Assembly: GCA_036149055.1 (NCBI GenBank)
Contig: JAYZQJ010000051.1
Coordinates: forward strand, 1 to 15,477
Source: Myxococcota bacterium
GTDB lineage: Bacteria; Myxococcota_A; Polyangia; Polyangiales; Sandaracinaceae
Direction: 5' to 3'
DNA length: 15,477 nt
This document shows positions 8,461 to 15,477 of the stretch, piece after piece. The position numbers and the translations under genes were made by a program. Each line of letters starts with the position of its first letter. Within the stretch, counting starts at the first letter, position 1. The notes beneath the pieces were generated by a model that was not told the DNA's origin, did not search any database, and saw only the letters and a program-made list of their open reading frames with translations.

Positions 8461-8502
8461 GGGAGTTGGGAGGCGGGAGGCGGGAGGCGGGAGGCGGGAG
8501 GC
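8461..8502. repeat. Heptamer tandem repeat (GGGAGGC)x5 plus one degenerate unit
   Basis: gggagtt at 8461-8467 is followed by five perfect gggaggc units at 8468-8502. Confidence 0.92.
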
Positions 8503-8625
8503 GAGGAGAGTGTGTCGCTCCGCGACACGGCTGGGGTCGGCGGCGGGATGGAGGCTCGCCGCGGCTCGGCCACCGGCGGCGGCCCTCCCCGAGAGTCGGA
8601 GCGACCGAAGCGGTGACGGCTGAGA

Positions 8626-10044
8626 TCAGAAGGCGGCGATCAGGGCCTCTTCCAGGGAGCGGACGCCGACGAGCTTCATGCCCTTCGGGGCGTCGCCGTT
8701 GAGGCGATCGAGGTTGCCGGCGGGGAGGATGGCGCGGGTGAAGCCGAGCTTCTGGGCCTCCTGGAGGCGCTGGCCGGCGCGGGGCACGGCGCGTATCTCG
8801 CCCGCGAGGCCGACCTCGCCGAAGGCCACCAGGTCGGGCGGGAGCGGGCGCTCGCGCAGGCTGGAGACCATCGCCAGGGCGAGCGGGAGCTCGGCCGCGC
8901 GCTCGTCGATGCGGGCGCCGCCGGTGACGCTGATGAACACGTCCTGGTCGAGCGCGTGGATTCCCGCCTTCTTGTCGAGCACCGCGAGCAGGATGGCCAC
9001 CCGGCTCGAGTCGACGCCGCTGACCACCCGCCGGGCGTTGCCGTAGACGGCGCTCGCGAGGAGCGCCTGGATCTCCACCAAGAGCGGCCGCGAGCCCTCG
9101 GCGGTGGGCACGACCACCGAGCCGGCCGCGCGCTCGGGGCGCTCGGCGAGGAAGAGCGCGCTCGGGTCGGGCACCTCGCGGAGGCCGTCCTGCACCATCT
9201 CGAAGACCCCCACCTCGTGCGCCGCGCCGAAGCGGTTCTTGTTGGCGCGCACCAGGCGGAAGGCGCCGCTCGCGTCCCCCTCGAAGGCGAGCACGGTGTC
9301 GACCAGGTGCTCGAGCACCTTGGGGCCGGCGAGCATGCCCTCCTTGGTCACGTGGCCGATGAGGAAGAGGGTGACCCCCTCGCGCTTGGCGATCTCGATG
9401 AGCCGGCTCGCCACCTCGCGGATCTGCGAGACGCTGCCAGCGACCGACTCGAGCGAGCCGCTGCGGAGCGTCTGCACCGAGTCGATGACGACCACGCCCG
9501 GCTTCTCCTTGGCGAGCGTGTCCTCGACCTCCTCGAGATCGGTGGTCGCCTGCACCAGCACGTCGCGCGTGTCGACCGCGAGCCGCCGCGCCCGGAGCGC
9601 GATCTGCGCGGCCGACTCCTCGCCGCTGACGTAGAGCGCGCGCGCCTCGGCGGTGGCGAGCCCGGCGAGCGCCTGCATCAGCAGCGTGGACTTGCCGATG
9701 CCCGGGTCGCCGCCGAGCAGGATGGCGCTGCCCGCGACCACGCCCCCGCCGAGCACCCGGTCGAGCTCGGCGATGCCGCACGAGGTGCGCGCCGCGTCCT
9801 CCGGCCGCACCTCGGAGAGCGGGGTGACCGGGCTGCGCGGCGCGATGCCGCCCCCGCCGGCGCCCCCGAAGCCGCCCCTGGCGCGCCCGCCCTTGGCCGC
9901 CGGCCGCACCTTCTCCTCGGTCAGCGTGTTTCAGGCGCCGCAGCTCGGGCACTTGCCCATCCACCGCGGCGTGTCCGCCCCGCAGTCGGTGCAGAAGAAC
10001 ACGGTCTTCGTCTTCTTGGCCTTCGCCATCTTCGCCGTCGCCAT
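8626..10044 (-). pseudogene. radA: DNA repair protein RadA/Sms interrupted by an in-frame TGA at codon 38 (or a sequencing error)
   Basis: The N-terminal C4 zinc finger FFCTDCG...WMGKCPSCGA*NTL is in frame with ELDRVLGGG, Walker A GDPGIGKST, VIDSVQT, GPKVLEHLVD, KNRFG and the C-terminal GEVGLAGEIR. The stop is at 9931-9933. An alternative start is at 10029. Confidence 0.88.
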
Positions 10045-10140
10045 GCCGCCCAGGACGCAGCCCGGGCCGGGCGACTGACGGTAGCAGCATCCCTCGTCGT
10101 TTTTTTGCGTTCTTCGCCCGCCATCGGGCAGCACGGAGAC

Positions 10141-10956
10141 ATGGACCTGACCCAGCCCTCCGGCCCGGCCCCCTTTCACCTCGATCTCCGCGTGCTGCGG
10201 TTCCGGACCGATCCCAGGCGCGACGAGCCGGCGATGCTCGCCCAGGAGCTGCTCACGCAGGGGCGGCTGGAGGAGGCGGTGGAGCTGACCGAGCGCACCC
10301 TCGAGGTGGATCCGACCGACGCGGATCTCCTGCTCACGCATGGCTGCGCGCTCGCGCGGCTCGGGCACCTCGAGACGGCGCAGCTCGCCTTCACCCGCGC
10401 GGCCAAGCGGGACCCCGAGTGGGTCGAGCCCTGGGTGCAGCTCGCCGAGGTGCTGCTCACCCGCGGCAAGCCGACGCGCGCCGTTCAGGTCATCGAGCGA
10501 GGTCTCGCCCTCGATCCCTCGGAGCCGCGCCTGGTCCGCAGCCAGTCGCGCGCGACCCTCGAGCTCCGGGCCCGCGCCTACTGCGAGGCCCCCGACGAGG
10601 GCGAGGAGCCGGCCATGCTCGCGACGCAGCTGCTGTCGGCCGAGCGCGCCGACCTGGCCTTCGAGGTGACCCGGACCGCGCTGCTCGCCGAGCTCGACGA
10701 CGTGGATCTCCTGGTGGCCCACGCGAAGGCGGCGCGGGCGATGGGCGACCTCGACGAGGCGATCAGCGCGCTGCGGACCGCGACCTACGAGGCGCAGGAC
10801 TGGGCCGAGATCTGGCGGCTGCTCGCGGAGGCGCACGAGGCGGCGGGCGAGAGCGAGGAGGCGCGGCAGGCGGCGGCCAAGGGCCTGCTCGTCGATCCGT
10901 CCGACGCCGCGCTGATCGCACTGCACGAGCGGGCCGAGACGCTGGTCACTCTGTAG
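10141..10956 (+). CDS. Tetratricopeptide repeat protein (271 aa) with a two-fold internal duplication
   Basis: GGAG precedes ATG 10141. TPR-like helices include LAQELLTQGRLEEAVE...DP, LAEVLLTRGK..RA...GLALDP and LAEAHEAAGE..EA...GLLVDP. Confidence 0.85.
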   Translation: MDLTQPSGPAPFHLDLRVLRFRTDPRRDEPAMLAQELLTQGRLEEAVELTERTLEVDPTDADLLLTHGCALARLGHLETAQLAFTRAAKRDPEWVEPWVQLAEVLLTRGKPTRAVQVIERGLALDPSEPRLVRSQSRATLELRARAYCEAPDEGEEPAMLATQLLSAERADLAFEVTRTALLAELDDVDLLVAHAKAARAMGDLDEAISALRTATYEAQDWAEIWRLLAEAHEAAGESEEARQAAAKGLLVDPSDAALIALHERAETLVTL

Positions 10957-10978
10957 ACCTCACGATATCCTGCGCGGC

Positions 10979-11779
10979 GTGCGCGTCCTCTCGATCGACC
11001 CCGAGCCCTCGCTGCGCGTCCGGTACCTGAACGCCGCGCGGCGTCGCGGCGTCGTGTCGTCGCTCCTGCCCGTGCACCTCGCGAAGGTCGACGCGCTGCC
11101 CGAGGGTCTCGACGCGATCGTCGTCACCAGCGATCTCCAGGGCGTGATCCCCTCGCACGCCGGCGGCGAGAGCCTCCTCCTCGGCGAAGGCCTGGCCATC
11201 GAGCTGCTCGCGCTGCCCGCCCTCACCCAGCCGCGGCGGGTCGGGGTGATCCTGGCGGGCGACCTCTACAGCGCGCCCGGCGGCGACGTGCGCGGCGCCT
11301 CGGGCGACGTGACCGGGGTCTGGAAGGCGTTCGCCGAGCTCTACGCGTGGGTCGCCGGCGTCGCCGGCAATCACGACCGCTTCGGCTCCGAGAAGGACGA
11401 GCGACGGCTCCGAGCCGTCGCGGGGGTGCACCGCCTCGACGACCGGGTGGACGTGCTCGACGGGCTGCGCCTCGGCGGCGTCGACCTCATCATCGGCGAT
11501 CCCGCGAAGCCCGGCCGGCGCGAGGCGTGGGAGTTCCTCGAGTCGGTGCAGCTGCTCCTCGCCGAGGATCTCGACGTGCTGGTCCTGCACGAGGGTCCCG
11601 AGGGCGGAGCCGGCGAGCGTCAGCGCGGCAACCCCGAGATCCGCGCCCTCCTCGAGCGCGCCCCGAGCCCCCCGCTGACGATCTGCGGCCACGCGCACTG
11701 GGACGCTCCCCTCGCCACCCTGAGCAACGGCGCGCAGGTGCTGAACGTGGACGCCCGGGCGGTCGTGCTCACCGTCTGA
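10979..11779 (+). CDS. Calcineurin-like metallophosphoesterase
   Basis: Ordered motifs TSDLQ, LAGDL, VAGNHD, LVLHE and CGHAH. Confidence 0.88.
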   Translation: MRVLSIDPEPSLRVRYLNAARRRGVVSSLLPVHLAKVDALPEGLDAIVVTSDLQGVIPSHAGGESLLLGEGLAIELLALPALTQPRRVGVILAGDLYSAPGGDVRGASGDVTGVWKAFAELYAWVAGVAGNHDRFGSEKDERRLRAVAGVHRLDDRVDVLDGLRLGGVDLIIGDPAKPGRREAWEFLESVQLLLAEDLDVLVLHEGPEGGAGERQRGNPEIRALLERAPSPPLTICGHAHWDAPLATLSNGAQVLNVDARAVVLTV

Positions 11780-12890
11780 GCCGCGCGTAGGCGGCGACGA
11801 GCAGCGCGACGGCGTCGGCGACCTCCCGGTCCGAGGTGCCGCGGCCGAGCGAGAGCCGGACGGTGCCCAGCGCCTGGTCCTCCGGCACGCCCATCGCGCG
11901 GATCACCCGCGACGCCGTCTCCGCGCCTTCGTGGCAGGCCGAGCCCGCCGACGCCGCCAGCCCCGGCGTCGCCTCCAGCAGCGCGCGGCCGAGCACCCCC
12001 GGGAACCGCACGCTCGAGGTGTTCGGCAGCCGAGGGGCGCCCTCCCCGTTCACCGCCAGCCCGGGCACGTGCGCTCGGAGGCTCCGCTCGAGCGTGTCCC
12101 GGAGCGCCGCGAGCCGCGCGCCTTCGGCTTCGAGGTCCCGCGTCGCGACCCGGCAGGCCGCGCCGAGCCCCGCGATCCCGATCACGTTCTCGGTGCCCGG
12201 CCGCAGCCCCCGCTCGTGCCCCGCGCCCCGGACCAGCGGCTCGAGCGGCACCCCGCGCCGGACGTAGAGCGCGCCCACGCCCTTGGGCCCGTAGAGCTTG
12301 TGCCCCGCGATCGAGAGCAGATCCACGCCCAGCGAGTCGACGTCGACCGGCACCTTGCCCGCCGTCTGCGCCGCGTCGGTGTGCAGCCGCGCCCCGGCCC
12401 GCTCCGCCGCCTCGGCGAGCGCAGCGATCGGTTGGATCACGCCGGTCTCGTTGTTCGCGTGCATCACGCTCACCAGGCTCGCGCCGGCGAGCGCCGCCTC
12501 GTCGATGGTCACCTGACCGCGGCCGTCGACCCCGAGCGTGCGCACCTCGCGCCCGCGTCGGCCCAGCGCCTCCCCCGGGGCCGACGTCGCCGGATGCTCC
12601 AGCGCCGAGATCACGATCGCTCCGTCGCCCGGCGTCCCGTGCAGCGCGAGGTTGTTGGCCTCGGTGCCGCCGGAGGTGAAGACGATCTCGTCGGGCGAGG
12701 CCCCGATCAGCGCCGCCACCTCCGCCCGGGCGCCGTCGATCAGGGCGCGGGCGCGCCTCCCGAACGCGTGCCCGCTCGACGGATTGCCCCACCCCTCGTC
12801 CATCGCCGCGACCATCGCCGCCCGCACCTCCGCGTGGAGCGGCGTGGTCGCGTTGTGATCGAAGTAGAGCGGCGCGTCCGAGGTGCTCAC
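11769..12890 (-). CDS. Group I cysteine desulfurase (IscS/NifS family, PLP-dependent)
   Basis: YFDHNATTP, GNPSS, FTSGGTEANN, HANNETG, HTDAAQ, AGHKLYGPKG (PLP Lys), RPGTEN and SAGSAC (catalytic Cys). The 3' end overlaps the convergent metallophosphoesterase by 11 bp. Confidence 0.93.
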   Translation of the reverse strand: MSTSDAPLYFDHNATTPLHAEVRAAMVAAMDEGWGNPSSGHAFGRRARALIDGARAEVAALIGASPDEIVFTSGGTEANNLALHGTPGDGAIVISALEHPATSAPGEALGRRGREVRTLGVDGRGQVTIDEAALAGASLVSVMHANNETGVIQPIAALAEAAERAGARLHTDAAQTAGKVPVDVDSLGVDLLSIAGHKLYGPKGVGALYVRRGVPLEPLVRGAGHERGLRPGTENVIGIAGLGAACRVATRDLEAEGARLAALRDTLERSLRAHVPGLAVNGEGAPRLPNTSSVRFPGVLGRALLEATPGLAASAGSACHEGAETASRVIRAMGVPEDQALGTVRLSLGRGTSDREVADAVALLVAAYARLRR

Positions 12891-12899
12891 GACCCCTTC

Positions 12900-13433
12900 T
12901 TAGCGCACCGAGAACGGGCCGTTCGCCGCCGCGCTCTCCCGGATCGCCTCCAGGGCCCGGGCCGCCGCGTCCAGGATCGCCACGTCGGCCACGGTGCCGG
13001 CGAGGACGACCCCGGCCTCGCGCTCGCCGAGGACGAGGCGCGCGCCTTCGGGGAGCGCGCCGACCGCCGCGACCCGAGCGGCGACCTCGGTCGGGTCCAC
13101 GCGCGCCGGCGGGCCGTCGGAGATCCGCGAAGGGCCACGCGGATCGAGCGCCAGGCGCATCTTCGTGAAGGTGCCGCCGTCCGGATACCAGGGGTTCCCC
13201 ACCGCCTGCATGACCGACACGAGCACCATCTCCAGAGTCAGCTGATGGTCTCCGCGGTCGCAGAAGACGCGCCTCGACGCGTAGCTCCCGCCCCAGCGGC
13301 TGGCGATCTCGCTCCACGGCCCCGCCAGCCTGGCCTCCCGCGCTCTGGCGCGCGCCCGCACGAACGCCACCACCGCGATCACCGGCGCTCCGACGATGGC
13401 GCCCGCGACTCCCAACAGGATCAACTCCGACAT
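12900..13433 (-). CDS. Hypothetical protein with an N-terminal transmembrane anchor (177 aa)
   Basis: A GGAGGT Shine-Dalgarno (acctcc, 13441-13446) precedes ATG 13433. N-terminus LILLGVAGAIVGAPVIAVVAFV is hydrophobic. Its stop lies 9 bp before the desulfurase start. Confidence 0.72.
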   Translation of the reverse strand: MSELILLGVAGAIVGAPVIAVVAFVRARARAREARLAGPWSEIASRWGGSYASRRVFCDRGDHQLTLEMVLVSVMQAVGNPWYPDGGTFTKMRLALDPRGPSRISDGPPARVDPTEVAARVAAVGALPEGARLVLGEREAGVVLAGTVADVAILDAAARALEAIRESAAANGPFSVR

Positions 13434-13511
13434 CTCTCTCACCTCCGCTCTGGCCACCCACATCGGGCGGCGCCGGAGCATGCGGCGGCGGGGGGGCGGC
13501 TCTCCCTCGGT

Positions 13512-13563
13512 GGCGTGGGTCGTCGAAACGTCGTCGCGAATCGTCGAGTCGCGCGCTCGACGA
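13512..13563. promoter_or_regulatory. Candidate AraC-family operator: 21-bp-spaced direct repeat plus an inverted repeat
   Basis: ggcgtgggtcgtcga (13512-13526) and gtcgcgaatcgtcga (13533-13547) are direct repeats. tcgtcgag (13541-13548) and ctcgacga (13556-13563) are inverted. The site lies between divergent genes. Confidence 0.45.
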
Positions 13564-13603
13564 CCGAGCGAACCGGGCGCCGACGGCGTAGGATCGGCGG
13601 CGC

Positions 13604-14584
13604 ATGGGCGAGCTCGTCCCCATCCAGGTCCTCCGCTCCTACCTGCAGGCGCTGGGGCTCACGCTCGACGAGGTGCAGGCGGCGGTGGGGCTCCCGCTCG
13701 AAGGCATGGCGGCCTTCCGCTACGAAGACAGCTTGCGCCTCTGGCAGGCCGTCGAGGCGCTCACCGGGGACCCGAGCGCCGGCCACCACGCCGGGGCCCA
13801 GGTGCGCGTCACCGAGCTCGGCGCGCTCGGCGGCGTGCTCGCCCACGCGAGAGACGTGCGCGAGGCGCTCGAGAACCTCGGCCACGTCGTGCCGCTGGTG
13901 CTCCCCGGCCGCTTCGAGATCGACCTGGGCGGCGGCGGCGCGACGATCACCTACGAACGCCCGGCGTGGGCGCGCCAGTCGCGGCACGGCATCGAGTCCC
14001 TGTTCGCGGCGCTGCTCTCGACGCTTCGCCACAGCTCGAGGCGACCGTTCGCGGCCCGGGCGGTGGCCCTGGCGTGCCCCGTCCCCGCGGAGCCCGGCGG
14101 CTACGATCACTTCTACGGGGTGCCGGTCGGCTGGTCGGCGCCGCGCTCGCATCTGGAGCTCGACCGGGAGGCGCTCGACCTCCCGATGGCGGCCGCCGAT
14201 CCCCAGCTCAGCGGCCTCCTCATGACCCACGCCGAGCAGCTGCTCTCGGCCACGCGAGCGGCCTCGGCGGCCGAGCAGCGGATCACCCGCGCCTTCCTCG
14301 CCGCCCTGCACCTCCGCGACCCCACGCTCGAAGGCACCGCGCGCCAGCTCGGCGTCGGCGCCCGCACCCTCCAGCGCCAGCTCGACGAGCTGGGCGTCTC
14401 CTTCCGCGACCTGCGCGCGCGCCAGCTCCGCGAGCGCGCCGAGCTGCTCCTGTCCGACCCCTCCTCGAGCGTCGAAGAGATCGCCGAGCTGCTCGGCTAC
14501 GACTCCCGAGGCGGCTTCGACCGCGCCTTCCGCGCCTGGACCGGGACCACCCCCGCCGCCTACCGCCGCGCCCTACGCCGCTGA
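13604..14584 (+). CDS. AraC-family transcriptional regulator (OruR/VqsM-like architecture)
   Basis: N-terminal LW.A.EALTGDP.AG.H.G...LG.LG segment, and C-terminal double HTH TLEGTARQLGVGARTLQRQL...SVEEIAELLGY....F.RAFRAWTGTTP..YR. Confidence 0.93.
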   Translation: MGELVPIQVLRSYLQALGLTLDEVQAAVGLPLEGMAAFRYEDSLRLWQAVEALTGDPSAGHHAGAQVRVTELGALGGVLAHARDVREALENLGHVVPLVLPGRFEIDLGGGGATITYERPAWARQSRHGIESLFAALLSTLRHSSRRPFAARAVALACPVPAEPGGYDHFYGVPVGWSAPRSHLELDREALDLPMAAADPQLSGLLMTHAEQLLSATRAASAAEQRITRAFLAALHLRDPTLEGTARQLGVGARTLQRQLDELGVSFRDLRARQLRERAELLLSDPSSSVEEIAELLGYDSRGGFDRAFRAWTGTTPAAYRRALRR

Positions 14585-14637
14585 CCCGCGAGCCGACGAG
14601 AGCCGCAGAAGGGGCCGAGCCCACGCGGGATGAAGTC

Positions 14638-15018
14638 TAGTCTTTTGGCTCTCGCAAAGGCGCGAAGACGCCAAGGAGCGGGCTGGCGACGGGATGGAGG
14701 CTCGCCGCCTTGCGGTTGGCGGCTGGCGTCTCGACGGTAGTTTTTTTTGCTCTCGCCAAGACGCGAAGACGCAAAGGAGCGGGCTGGCGTCGGGATGGAA
14801 GCTCGCCGCGTTGCGGCTGGCGGTTGGCGTCTCGACGGTAGTCTTTTTTGCTCTCGCCAAGACGCGAAGACGCAAAGGAGCGGGCTGGCGTCGGGATGGA
14901 GGCTCGCCGCGTTGCGGCTGGCGGTTGGCGTCTCGACGGTAGTCTTTTTGCTCTCGCCAAGACGCGAAGACGCAAAGGAGCGGGCTGGCGTCGGGATGGA
15001 GGCTCGCCGCGTCGCGGC
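14638..15018. repeat. ~100-bp tandem repeat, about 3.8 copies (starts 14638, 14738, 14839, 14940)
   Basis: Unit consensus is tagtc(t)n-gctctcgccaagacgcgaagacgcaaaggagcgggctggcgtcgggatggaggctcgccgcgttgcggctggcggttggcgtctcgacgg. Copies 2-4 are nearly identical, copy 1 is more diverged, and the T-tract length varies. Confidence 0.95.
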
Positions 15019-15353
15019 GGGTCGTTGCGCGGGGACGGGCGGGGCCCCCGCGGGGACCGGTCTGACGGCGCAGCGGGTATGAGCCCGCGCGGGCCCACGC
15101 GGACCCGCCGTGCCCAGAGAGCTCGTGAGGTGGCAACCAATGGCGCGGCGCCAGCCCGAGCCCGCCACCGCGGCGACTGACCCGAGACGACGGCAGGCGA
15201 CGAGCGAAGCGAGGTCGCCGCACGTGCCACCCCACAGGTTCGACCCCGCGGCAGCGGGCGGCCAGCGCGCGCGAAGCGCGAGCGCGAGCCGCGTGGCTCA
15301 CGCGCGGAGCGCGGGACACGCGCGCCGGAGGCGCGCGACTTGGGTTGGGGGGG

Positions 15354-15458
15354 CCCCGCGGAGCCGGCTGACCTGTCTCTGCGGAGGGTGCGGATGCACC
15401 CGGAGCGGAGACAGGTCTGACGGCGCAGCGGGGGGGGGGGGGTGGTAAATCCCCACCC
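15354..15458. repeat. Long imperfect palindromic (REP/MITE-like) element
   Basis: Nested inverted repeats ccccgc/gcgggg, gccg/cggc, gacctgtctc (15370-15379)/gagacaggtc (15408-15417) and gggtgc/gcaccc. These are followed by a G13 run and a gggtgg/ccaccc hairpin. Confidence 0.65.
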
Positions 15459-15477
15459 GACAAACACACTTCGCCCA

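Noticed and set aside
9931..9933. Selenocysteine codon or genetic code 4/25 reassignment of TGA
   Set aside because: The position aligns to Trp, not Cys, and no obvious SECIS hairpin follows. TGA serves as the normal stop of skp, tolC, the mlaC-like gene, gmk and araC, and Trp is TGG elsewhere.
6455..10090. 1211-aa minus-strand ORF
   Set aside because: It is an antisense/off-frame shadow of cstA and radA, with low-complexity Arg/Gly/Ala/Pro composition expected from stop-codon scarcity in high-GC DNA.
8956..10140. N-terminal 395 aa of the 666-aa plus-strand ORF
   Set aside because: It is antisense to radA. The real gene begins at ATG 10141, after a GGAG.
11620..14640. Long alternative ORFs (667, 764, 414 and 290 aa) over the desulfurase-AraC region
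   Set aside because: They overlap well-supported genes and are Arg/Pro-rich with no family motifs.
14638..15018. CRISPR array
   Set aside because: Whole ~100-bp units are repeated with no unique spacers, and there are no cas genes in the window.
15430..15442. G13 homopolymer as a phase-variation tract
   Set aside because: It is not within a supported CDS or a recognisable promoter, it forms part of the palindromic element, and homopolymer length is error-prone.
14560..15469. ORFs across the terminal repeat region as real proteins or a transposase
   Set aside because: The repeat period is not a multiple of 3, all frames yield the same scrambled peptides, and there are no DDE or HUH motifs.

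Overview
Very GC-rich bacterial chromosomal window. Gene content and style suggest Myxococcota, probably Polyangiales/Sandaracinaceae-like (inference). Gene order: lipoprotein with FTP/PepSY-like motifs, skp(ompH), fabZ, a small antisense hypothetical, TolC-family protein, MlaC/Ttg2D-family protein, DUF507-like protein, yicC, gmk, cstA, radA (minus strand, interrupted by an in-frame TGA at a conserved Trp), an internally duplicated TPR protein, a metallophosphoesterase, a group I cysteine desulfurase with an upstream membrane hypothetical (minus strand), and a divergent AraC-family regulator. The non-coding DNA is unusually structured. It holds a purine-rich octamer-based interspersed repeat (1-127 and 8389-8432), a heptamer tandem repeat (8461-8502), a ~100-bp x3.8 hairpin-rich tandem array (14638-15018) that shares a 20-mer with the cstA-radA spacer, and a long palindromic element near the end. 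No CRISPR array, tRNA, rRNA or transposase was recognised. All calls come from motif recognition by eye, without database searches.
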